Virus record (IMG/VR): IMGVR_UViG_3300045922_000602 | Location: 1 to 54,283 of that record | Source of the DNA: a virus | Taxonomy: Duplodnaviria; Caudoviricetes | Strand: one strand, 5' to 3' | DNA: 54,283 bases | In this document: piece by piece, positions 38,599 through 46,236 of the stretch | Numbering within the stretch: the stretch's first letter is position 1 | Layout of the letters: each line of letters begins with the position of its first letter | Notes under the pieces: model-generated | What the model saw: the letters and a program-made list of their open reading frames with translations, nothing else | Database searches by the model: none | What the model was told of the DNA's origin: nothing | Translations under genes and position numbers: made by a program

Positions 38599-38922
38599 TT
38601 TGCCTTACGGTAAGTTGTTGAATTTAAACGATTGGGGATTTTCGGATCTGGATGCCCGAAATTACAACGGGATTTCGGAGTTTCGGATCTTATTGTCTGG
38701 ATTGGGGTTGAATCTATACTTTTTAGTAAAGATTAGGCCCCTAGTAGGGCGGTAGGGACCGGGTCTGGAGGCCTGCCACGGCGGGAGAGCGGGGAGGCGC
38801 GGGGCAGGTGCCGCCGCTCCAACCTATATATATATGATACATGGGGCAAAAAATTAATTTTTCATAATGTACTTGCTATGCTGTGTCCATGTGTAGTAAG
38901 CTGGGGTCAAAGAAGGAGCAAA

Positions 38923-39144
38923 ATGCGGAACGAACTGATTCTGACTCTAGCGAAGGTGATAGCCCTGACCAGAACGGCAACCAACACGAACGAGAGCCTC
39001 CATTGGGAGGCCCGCCAGTGGGAATTGGAGCGTCGACTCGGCCCGCTCACCCGGGCCGAAGAGGCCTATATTGCCCGCGAGGTAGCGCGGGCGATGGCAT
39101 CTAGAAAGGAGTACCATGAAACCAAAACCCAGGATGATCTTTAA
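38923..39144 (+). CDS. Early hypothetical protein
   Basis: AAGGAG RBS after the first early promoter. Confidence 0.75.
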   Translation: MRNELILTLAKVIALTRTATNTNESLHWEARQWELERRLGPLTRAEEAYIAREVARAMASRKEYHETKTQDDL

Positions 39145-39409
39145 CAGACAATTGGAGCTGGTTTACCGATCCGACCCGGAAACCCCCCAAACAATAGGAC
39201 ACTACCGTGCACAGGCGCGGCGTATCTTCGCGAAGTACCCCCACATGGAGCGTATGGTCGTAGTCTGGCGGCCATGTACACCCCGCGTGCGGTATAAGCC
39301 GGAGCCTGGGGAGGCACTGTACGTCCCCAGTACCGGGGGACGGTATGGCAAGAGCTGTATGGTCCGCGTCGGTGGCGAGCGGGGCGTACTTGCGCGCGCC
39401 GAAGGCTGA
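39116..39409 (+). CDS. Early hypothetical protein
   Basis: AAGGAG RBS; followed by a terminator. Confidence 0.75.
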   Translation: MKPKPRMIFNRQLELVYRSDPETPQTIGHYRAQARRIFAKYPHMERMVVVWRPCTPRVRYKPEPGEALYVPSTGGRYGKSCMVRVGGERGVLARAEG

Positions 39410-39432
39410 CTCTGTCTCGACCCCCCCCCCCC

Positions 39433-39467
39433 GCCGTACTGCCCCGTGCAGTACGGCATTTTTTTTT
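39433..39467 (+). terminator. Intrinsic terminator
   Basis: GCCGTACTGC-loop-GCAGTACGGC, then A and a T9 run. Confidence 0.88.
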
Positions 39468-39592
39468 GCCCCATTTTCGGAGTTTCGGATCTTATTGTCT
39501 GATTTTGGCCCGGGCACCGCCGCTAAAATTAATTTTCCATAATGTGGTTGACACACTGCATCAATATGATAGATTGGGATAAGGAGCTACAC

Positions 39593-40630
39593 ATGACCAC
39601 TACCCCTCTGGAAACGAAATTAGCATCCACCCCCGAAGGCCGTCGCGCTCTCTATTACTATGAGCGCGGATGGATCTTACCATCGGATGGGGCCGAGATG
39701 GAGGCATGGAATAATGCCTACATCGAGGCCATGGAAGCGGCGAGTACAAATGACGAAATCATGTTTTTACTCGCCGCCGGGCCTATGACGCAGAAAAGGC
39801 ACCATAATGCACTCGCCTATACGCCCTTGTACAGGCAAGCGTATGAGGCGCAACTGAAGGGCCTCAAGCGCCTTCCGCGTGCATACGTGCGATGCCTACG
39901 CGATGACCTACGATATGCGGCCTACCGCGCGCACACGCCGCTGCAGGAGCAGAAGGTCGAAGGGGGGCCGCCCTGGGTCCGTCTTGTACGACCAGAGTGG
40001 GATGACCACTCTAGTCTCCGCGATCAGTGGTTCCTCGAGGTGCCGCGCCGCACCATCGAAGCCATTGGCGAGCGGACTTACGAGGAAGCAGTCCGTCACC
40101 CCATATACTTGCGTGCTGGCCACCTAGTGGCCAGCAAACTGACGGTGAAAACAGCAGCATGGCCAACCGCCGAAGGGGGCCATGTACTATCGGTACTGGT
40201 CCAAACAGCACGCGGCGGCGCGTTCGCGTGCGAGGTCGTATTCCGGCACGGGCGTGAGCGTTTCTCCGCATGGCGCAAGTTGGGCGGCGGCGACATCCAT
40301 GATGCACTGCTGCCCCATATCGGGCGCGCGGTGCGACTGGGGGATGTCGTCATCCGTGCCACCGCGCGTTCGTCCGCACCGTATGGGTCCCTCCCATGCG
40401 AGCGACCGCATTACCTGGAGCGGGTGGAATTCCCGGCTGGGGAATTCCTCACAGCCCCTGATGGGGTCTTCTTCCAGTTAGAAAACCCCACCTACCCCAC
40501 CCACTCACTGAGACTGTCGCACCCCGACCACTACACCGTCGAGGTGCACTTGGACGTTGGCCAAATACTACACATCATGCAAGTGCCGGGGCGGACACAA
40601 TACCTCCCGCGCTGGGATCAGGGGGACTGA
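39593..40630 (+). CDS. Early hypothetical protein (345 aa)
   Basis: TAAGGAG RBS; has its own promoter and terminator. Confidence 0.8.
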   Translation: MTTTPLETKLASTPEGRRALYYYERGWILPSDGAEMEAWNNAYIEAMEAASTNDEIMFLLAAGPMTQKRHHNALAYTPLYRQAYEAQLKGLKRLPRAYVRCLRDDLRYAAYRAHTPLQEQKVEGGPPWVRLVRPEWDDHSSLRDQWFLEVPRRTIEAIGERTYEEAVRHPIYLRAGHLVASKLTVKTAAWPTAEGGHVLSVLVQTARGGAFACEVVFRHGRERFSAWRKLGGGDIHDALLPHIGRAVRLGDVVIRATARSSAPYGSLPCERPHYLERVEFPAGEFLTAPDGVFFQLENPTYPTHSLRLSHPDHYTVEVHLDVGQILHIMQVPGRTQYLPRWDQGD

Positions 40631-40652
40631 TCGACACGTAGCGTGGCCCTCC

Positions 40653-40688
40653 TGCCGTACTGCACCCCCTGCAGTACGGCATTTTTTT
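40653..40688 (+). terminator. Intrinsic terminator
   Basis: TGCCGTACTGCA-loop-TGCAGTACGGCA followed by T7. Confidence 0.88.
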
Positions 40689-40949
40689 GGCCCATTTCGT
40701 AGTTTCGGATCTTATTGTCCGAATGGAACGCCCCTCGCGAATAGGTCAGGTCAGTCGACCCTATTGCCATTTCCCCTTCGCTCATGCTATACTGGCGGTG
40801 GCTCGGGGACTGCCCCCATTTTCAGAGTTTCAGATCTTATTGTCTGATTTGTGGCCTATGAAAAACCGCCGCTCTATGAAAAACCGCCGCCAAAATTAAT
40901 TTTTCATAATGCACTTGACACCGCCCTGCCTATGTAATAGACTGGGGGC

Positions 40950-41234
40950 ATGATACGACACAACCTTGATGGACCTCTCACCGAGGTCCTATCCAAACTC
41001 TGCCCATACAGTGGCTGGTATGGCTTCGGGCGCGGCACGACCGAAGCCATGAGATTTCTTCGTGAACGCCTCATCCGCGAGGGATGGACGCCATGGACTT
41101 TCGGCGGCACCATCCCGCCCGGTCTGGACGTAATCCACGGCCCCACCGGCACATACCGCCGAGGCGGGCCACAGTCCAGGACGAAATTCTACGCGGGCCG
41201 CTGGGTGCGCCCGCGCCCGGAGGCGCAATCATGA
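40950..41234 (+). CDS. Early hypothetical protein, paralogue of 46233..46547
   Basis: Leaderless start; shared GWY..G.G...E, VI.GPTG.Y and G.W.R motifs. Confidence 0.75.
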   Translation: MIRHNLDGPLTEVLSKLCPYSGWYGFGRGTTEAMRFLRERLIREGWTPWTFGGTIPPGLDVIHGPTGTYRRGGPQSRTKFYAGRWVRPRPEAQS

Positions 41235-41812
41235 CTCTGGACAACGTGACCGCGTCATTGCCCCTGCGGGGCGCGTTGGCCCTGGCCAAAAGGGCTGGGG
41301 CCTGCCGAGAGGCCCTGGACGCCATCGGTCAAATGGCGGACTGGGGCGAATTCTTCGCCCACCCCAAAGCCCCGTCCTGGTCGTACTGGTACGCCCGCCA
41401 TGTCATCGGCGGCCGATGGCCGGAGGCCGAACCGGTAATCGTCCGTGACCCCAAGGCGGCCTACGAGTACGCGCGCCATGTCATCGGCGGCCGATGGCCG
41501 GAGGCCGAACCGGTAATCGTCCGTGACCCGGAAACAGCCTGCATATACGCCGACTACATCCTACGAGGCCGATGGCCCGAGGCCGAGGCCGTCATCGCCT
41601 CCCATCCCAAATGGGGGTTCGAGTATGCCCTTGTGATCTTGCGGCGGCGATGGCCGGAGGCTGAGGCCGCCATCGCCCGCGACCCCGCCGAAGCGTACAA
41701 TTACGCCCTTCATGTCCTACGCGGACGGTGGCCCGAGGCCGAGGCTACCATCGCCCGCTCGGCGACCTACTGGGACCTCTACGAGCGGGGCGTACTTGCG
41801 CGCGCCGGCTGA
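41231..41812 (+). CDS. RWPEAE-repeat protein (5 repeats)
   Basis: GGAGG RBS; AGAC.EAL head followed by 26-aa repeats. Confidence 0.85.
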   Translation: MTLDNVTASLPLRGALALAKRAGACREALDAIGQMADWGEFFAHPKAPSWSYWYARHVIGGRWPEAEPVIVRDPKAAYEYARHVIGGRWPEAEPVIVRDPETACIYADYILRGRWPEAEAVIASHPKWGFEYALVILRRRWPEAEAAIARDPAEAYNYALHVLRGRWPEAEATIARSATYWDLYERGVLARAG

Positions 41813-41826
41813 TCCTGCCGACCCCG

Positions 41827-41860
41827 TGCCGTGCTACCCTGTAGCACGGCATTTTTTTTT
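41827..41860 (+). terminator. Intrinsic terminator
   Basis: TGCCGTGCTAC-loop-GTAGCACGGCA followed by T9. Confidence 0.88.
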
Positions 41861-41935
41861 GTTGCCCCAATTTCGGAGTTTCAGACCTTGTTGTCTGAAT
41901 TTGACACGCCGCATCAAATATGATAGACTGAGGGC

Positions 41936-42091
41936 ATGACAACACTACTCACCCCCACCAAAGCATATTGGTACGCTACCCACGTAGTGGGTGGCCGCTG
42001 GCCCGAGGCCGAACCCACCATTCGCAGGTCATCATTCGACTACGACTACTTAGAGCGCGTTTTGCGCGCCGGATGGGCTGGCCGCATCTGA
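41936..42091 (+). CDS. Single-repeat RWPEAE mini-protein (51 aa, not in the ORF track)
   Basis: ATG 6 nt after TAGACT; MTTLLTPTKAYWYATHVVGGRWPEAEPTIRR... Confidence 0.7.
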   Translation: MTTLLTPTKAYWYATHVVGGRWPEAEPTIRRSSFDYDYLERVLRAGWAGRI

Positions 42092-42125
42092 GAGGATTAA
42101 TTTCACTTATGAAAGGAGATAAACT

Positions 42126-42353
42126 ATGAAACTAACAAAAAAAGAGCGCGCCCTAGCGCGCAAGTTCGGCCTGTCGCCGGAGGTCGCCGTAGATCTCTGC
42201 GATGCGTTCGACGACGTCTCCATCGATGAGATTGAGACACTGGAGTACGAGTACGACGACGACCCAAACATCGCCGTCACAATCACATGGACATCATCAC
42301 GTACTGGCGATAGCTATACGGAGACATACTATCGCGGTATTGGATGGTGCTGA
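42126..42353 (+). CDS. Small acidic early protein
   Basis: AAAGGAG RBS; D/E-rich centre. Confidence 0.75.
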   Translation: MKLTKKERALARKFGLSPEVAVDLCDAFDDVSIDEIETLEYEYDDDPNIAVTITWTSSRTGDSYTETYYRGIGWC

Positions 42354-42371
42354 TATAAGGAGGTGGATGAT

Positions 42372-42405
42372 GCCGTGCTGCAGCTCCTGCGGCACGGCTT
42401 TTTTT
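42372..42405 (+). terminator. Intrinsic terminator
   Basis: GCCGTGCTGCAG-loop-CTGCGGCACGGC followed by T7. Confidence 0.85.
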
Positions 42406-42487
42406 GTTGCCCCTATTTTTGGAGTTCCGGATCTTATTGTCTGAATTGGGGCTAACACCCCTACGCCCTTGGCACTCGCTGCACAAT

Positions 42488-42503
42488 GGTTCCACGTGGA
42501 ACG
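42488..42503. promoter_or_regulatory. parS-like site
   Basis: gGTTCCACGTGGAACg: a perfect 14-bp palindrome matching the chromosomal parS consensus TGTTNCACGTGNAACA core. Confidence 0.7.
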
Positions 42504-42605
42504 CCACACACCTATGAAAAACCGCCGCTATGAAATTAATTTTTCATAATGTGCTTGACACGCTGCATCAATATGATAGATTGAGATTAGGAGACACACA
42601 ATACA

Positions 42606-43154
42606 ATGACACTCACCGAAGCACTCGAGCAAACCAAAGCCGCCGGGGCCTGTCGAGAGGCCCTGGAAGAAATCAGCCAACTGTCAGACTGGAATGAATT
42701 CTTCGCCCACCCCAAAGCCCCGTCCTGGTCGTACTGGTACGCCCGCCATGTCATTGGTGGCCGCTGGCCCGAGGCCGAACCCGTCATCGCGCGAGACCCC
42801 GAGGCGGCCTATGAGTACGCCCGCCATGTCATTGGTGGCCGCTGGCCCGAGGCCGAACCCACCATCGCCACCCATCCGAGGGCAGCATTTCTGTACGCCC
42901 ACTGGGTGCTTGGCTGCCGCTGGCCGGAGGCCGAACCGGCCATCGCCACCTCCCCAGAATACGCGTGCTATTACGCATATTGCATCCTTGGCTGCCGCTG
43001 GCCGGAGGCCGAACCGGCCATCGCCACCTCCCCAGAATACGCGTGCTATTACGCAGTGCGCGTACTCCGTAGGCGATGGCCGGAAGCCGAACCGGTCATC
43101 CTCGGATCGCCATTCTGGTGGGAGGACTACGTACGGGCCTCCCTCGCCGACTGA
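42606..43154 (+). CDS. RWPEAE-repeat protein (5 repeats)
   Basis: AGGAG RBS; AGAC.EAL head followed by 26-aa repeats. Confidence 0.85.
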   Translation: MTLTEALEQTKAAGACREALEEISQLSDWNEFFAHPKAPSWSYWYARHVIGGRWPEAEPVIARDPEAAYEYARHVIGGRWPEAEPTIATHPRAAFLYAHWVLGCRWPEAEPAIATSPEYACYYAYCILGCRWPEAEPAIATSPEYACYYAVRVLRRRWPEAEPVILGSPFWWEDYVRASLAD

Positions 43155-43168
43155 TCCCCCCCCCTCCC

Positions 43169-43204
43169 GCCGTACTGCCCCGCGCAGTACGGCATTTTTT
43201 TTTT
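43169..43204 (+). terminator. Intrinsic terminator
   Basis: GCCGTACTGC-loop-GCAGTACGGC, then A and a T10 run. Confidence 0.88.
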
Positions 43205-43256
43205 GCCCCATTTTCGGAGTTTCGGATCTTATTGTCTGATTTGTAGCGGCGCGGAT

Positions 43257-43272
43257 TGTTCCACATGGAACG
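43257..43272. promoter_or_regulatory. parS-like site (one core mismatch)
   Basis: TGTTCCACATGGAACG, at the equivalent position of the next cassette. Confidence 0.55.
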
Positions 43273-43438
43273 CGCTAAGCACGACAGCTCCGCCACACCT
43301 CACACTCGCCACACGGCGTGCTACGGCAGCTCATGCTACGCGCCCCTATGAAAAACCGCCGCTATATGAAAAACCGCCATCAAAATTAATTTTTCATAAT
43401 GTGCTTGACATACCGCATCAATATGGTAGACTGAGGAC

Positions 43439-44239
43439 ATGAAGGCACACCGCACACTGCTGAAGCAACACCCTGGGATAGTCCGCCGCCTGAGCGGCGA
43501 GCTGTTAGTGAGTAAGTCAATGATATATAAGGTGCTACGCTGTGAGAGTAAGTCACAGCGAGTAGCACACGCCCTCTACCTCGCCGCCCCAAAGTCCTTG
43601 GGGGTGGCGCTCATCCGGGCTAAGGCCGCTGGAGCCTGCCAAGAGGCCCTGGACGCCATTAGTCAGTTATCTGACTGGGATGAGTTCTTCGCCCACCCCC
43701 AATCTCCGTCCTGGGCGTACTGGTACGCCCGAAATGTCATTGGCGGGCGCTGGCCCGAAGGCGAACCCGCCATCGCCCGCAACCCCGAAACAGCCTGCTA
43801 CTACATATACTACTTCATACGGGGTAGGTGGCCGGAAGCCGAACCCACTATCGCCACTCATCCTGAATGGGCGTACTACTACGCCCGCTATTTCATCGAG
43901 GGCCGGTTTCCGGAAGCCGAACCGGCCATCGCCGCCAACCCAAAAGTAGCCTACCGCTATGCCCGATACATTATTCGGGGTCGATGGCCCGAAGCCGAAC
44001 CGGCCATCATCAAAAACCCCGGATTGGCCTGCGGATACGCCAACCATGTCCTTCGTGGTCGGTGGCCCGAGGCCGAAGCCACCATAGCCCAAGACCCCGA
44101 ATGGGCATTCGAGTACGCATGGTGTGTGATACGGGGCCGATGGCCCGAGGCCGAGACGACCATTGTCCGCGATCCCATATGGGCCGAGGAATACAATCGG
44201 CTCCTTACCTGTATGGTCCGCGTTGGTGAAAGTCGGTAG
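43439..44239 (+). CDS. HTH-like domain fused to RWPEAE repeats (6 repeats)
   Basis: N-terminal RRLSGELLVSKSMIYKVLR helix-turn-helix pattern; leaderless start. Confidence 0.8.
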   Translation: MKAHRTLLKQHPGIVRRLSGELLVSKSMIYKVLRCESKSQRVAHALYLAAPKSLGVALIRAKAAGACQEALDAISQLSDWDEFFAHPQSPSWAYWYARNVIGGRWPEGEPAIARNPETACYYIYYFIRGRWPEAEPTIATHPEWAYYYARYFIEGRFPEAEPAIAANPKVAYRYARYIIRGRWPEAEPAIIKNPGLACGYANHVLRGRWPEAEATIAQDPEWAFEYAWCVIRGRWPEAETTIVRDPIWAEEYNRLLTCMVRVGESR

Positions 44240-44253
44240 GACCATCTGCATAA

Positions 44254-44288
44254 AGGCCGTCGGGCGGGAGCTGCCCGGCGGCCTTTCT
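44254..44288 (+). terminator. Probable terminator hairpin
   Basis: GGCCGTCGGGCG-loop-TGCCCGGCGGCC followed by TTTCT. Confidence 0.55.
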
Positions 44289-44312
44289 ACACTGCAATGG
44301 TAGATTCGAGAT

Positions 44313-44651
44313 ATGATGACAACAATGACACTCACCGAAGCACTAGCCCGAGCCGAAGCCGCCGGAGCCTGCCAAGAGGCCCTGGACGCCATCGGTCAAA
44401 TGGCAGACTGGGATGAATTCTTCCGACACCCCAACGCCCCGTTCTGGGCATATTGGTTCTCCCACCACGTTATCCGGGGCCGATGGGTGGAGGCCGAAGC
44501 GGCCATTGCCACCGACGCCATGTCAGCGTACTACTACGCCCGCGACGTCCTAGAGAGCCGCTGGCCCGAGGCCGAGGCCGTCATCAGCGCGAACACCATG
44601 TGGGCGCACCGCTACGCCCGCGACGTCATGTGGGACCCCACACAGAAGTAA
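44313..44651 (+). CDS. RWPEAE-repeat protein (2 repeats)
   Basis: AGAC.EAL head followed by repeats; ATG 6 nt after TAGATT. Confidence 0.8.
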   Translation: MMTTMTLTEALARAEAAGACQEALDAIGQMADWDEFFRHPNAPFWAYWFSHHVIRGRWVEAEAAIATDAMSAYYYARDVLESRWPEAEAVISANTMWAHRYARDVMWDPTQK

Positions 44652-44678
44652 CTCGCCGCACAGCGTGCTATTTGTGCG

Positions 44679-45110
44679 ATGAAACTGCGAGCCAAAAGAC
44701 TACATCTGGACGCGCGTTTGCCGCGTTACGCTCATGGGCCGGCTGAGGATGCCGGGATGGACGTGCGCGCCGTTGAAGAAGTGGTGCTTCAGCCGGGCGT
44801 GCCGTTCGCCGTACCGACCGGCCTGGCCATCGAAGTACCCAGTGGCTACGAGGTACAGGTGCGACCGCGCAGTGGTCTGGCACTGAAGCATGGCATTACC
44901 ATTCCCAACTCCCCCGGAACGATCGATCCAGGCTACCGGGGAGAACTGAGGGTCATCATGCTCAATCTAGGGACGGAACCGTTTGTCGTCCGGAAAGGCG
45001 ACCGCATCGCCCAGCTCATTGTGGCGCGCTACGAGGCCGTCGAATGGGAAGAAGCGGAGCTGAGTCAATCATTGCGAGGTGACGGCGGCTTCGGATCAAG
45101 TGGCCGATGA
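44679..45110 (+). CDS. dut: dUTPase (trimeric type)
   Basis: AGMD, RSGLA, GTIDPGYRGE, RIAQL and RG.GGFGSSG motifs. Confidence 0.97.
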   Translation: MKLRAKRLHLDARLPRYAHGPAEDAGMDVRAVEEVVLQPGVPFAVPTGLAIEVPSGYEVQVRPRSGLALKHGITIPNSPGTIDPGYRGELRVIMLNLGTEPFVVRKGDRIAQLIVARYEAVEWEEAELSQSLRGDGGFGSSGR

Positions 45111-45167
45111 CGGGACGGAGCACCATTGACACACAGGAGATCTTTGTGATACATATAAGGTGACTCT

Positions 45168-45926
45168 ATGAAAAACCGCCGCAACGGGGGGAAATCCTCA
45201 TCGGGACATCGAGCCTGGCTACGGCGAAACCGCGACCTAATCCCCCGACTATGCCAGCAACTCGGAGTCAGCCGATCGCTGCTACTGGCAGTCCTACGTG
45301 GCGCACAGCACTCATCCCCCAAATCGGAGCTAGTAGCACACGCCCTCCGTACCGCCGGGGCACCCATACCTCCAGTACCCCTATCAGCCGTCCTAACCAA
45401 AGCTCTGGCCGTAGCTAAATCTGCCACCCACCAAGAAATCCTAACAGAAATGTCGCGGGTGTCAAATTGGGATGAGTTCTGGTCCCGCCCGCAGCTAGCC
45501 GTGTGGTACGCTCGACACGTCATTCGGGGCCGGTGGCCAGAAGCCGAACCGAAAGTCGCCACCCATCCAGTAGCAGCCTACGAGTACGCCCGTCATATCA
45601 TCCGTAGCCGTTGGCCAGAGGCCGAACCCACCATTTCCGCCCATACACCGCCAGCATACTGGTATGCGTCCTACGTCATCCGAGGCCGCTGGCCAGAAGC
45701 CGAATTAGCCATCGCCGCCGATCCAAAGTGTGCCTACGGCTATGCCCTGCACATCATCCGAGGCCGATGGCCCGAGGCCGAGACGACCATTGCCAAAAAC
45801 CCCGAATGGGCCTACCACTATGCTCTGAACATCATTTGTGGTAAATGGCCCGAAGCGGAACCAATAATCATGCAGCATCCATGTTGGGCCTACTACTACA
45901 CCCGAGACGTCGAAGCTCTCCTGTAG
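45168..45926 (+). CDS. HTH-like domain fused to RWPEAE repeats (5 repeats)
   Basis: RLCQQLGVSRSLLLAVLRG HTH pattern, homologous to the N-terminus of 43439..44239. Confidence 0.8.
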   Translation: MKNRRNGGKSSSGHRAWLRRNRDLIPRLCQQLGVSRSLLLAVLRGAQHSSPKSELVAHALRTAGAPIPPVPLSAVLTKALAVAKSATHQEILTEMSRVSNWDEFWSRPQLAVWYARHVIRGRWPEAEPKVATHPVAAYEYARHIIRSRWPEAEPTISAHTPPAYWYASYVIRGRWPEAELAIAADPKCAYGYALHIIRGRWPEAETTIAKNPEWAYHYALNIICGKWPEAEPIIMQHPCWAYYYTRDVEALL

Positions 45927-46041
45927 TAGCACAGAAGGCTATGAAAAACCGCCGCAGTCGAAAATTAATTTTTCGCAATGTGCTTGACGAAAAGATGGAT
46001 TCATGATAGAATGTAATCATGAAAACTAGGAGACTAAAGCC

Positions 46042-46236
46042 ATGACAGAAATTCTATCTCTTGTAATACTCATCATATTGGCCCTTTATTTTTGGCCAAT
46101 TATTTTGGCAATTTTAGTACTTTACGGGCTGTACCGACTCGTACGTGGGGCCACCCTCCTTTTTTTACTTGGGCTTAACTATATCTTCATCATGCCCATA
46201 CAGCGGGTCTGCCGCCTGCTCGGTCTACGCCAATGA
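46042..46236 (+). CDS. Small membrane protein
   Basis: AGGAG RBS; almost entirely hydrophobic. Confidence 0.7.
   Translation: MTEILSLVILIILALYFWPIILAILVLYGLYRLVRGATLLFLLGLNYIFIMPIQRVCRLLGLRQ

Larger units (their letters stand above)
38672..43242 (+). repeat. Dispersed conserved inter-cassette motif (TTTCGGAGTTTCGGA-TCTTATTG-TCTGA), 7 copies
   Basis: Dyad cores start at 38683, 39485, 40705, 40830, 41881, 42427 and 43222. Confidence 0.9.
38848..46012 (+). promoter_or_regulatory. Repeated strong early promoters (AAAATTAATTTT...TTGACA-16/17-TAGA[CT]T)
   Basis: -35 boxes at 39548, 40915, 41901, 42555, 43405 and 45984, with a variant near 38873; most are preceded by the AAAATTAATTTT palindrome. 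Confidence 0.85.

Noticed and set aside
38200-38755. ORFs 38200..38523 and 38495..38755
   Set aside because: They run through repeat, dif-like and regulatory DNA and lack convincing RBSs.
42534-42570. ATTTTTCATAA in the promoter repeats as pdif sites
   Set aside because: It resembles one Xer arm, but the partner position is occupied by the -35 box and no second arm is present.
38672-43242. CRISPR array interpretation of the conserved inter-cassette repeat
   Set aside because: Intervals are 125-1200 bp and contain genes; no uniform spacers and no cas operon.
45126-45160. Full sigma70 promoter upstream of 45168
   Set aside because: TTGACA is present, but there is no TAnnnT at 16-18 bp spacing.
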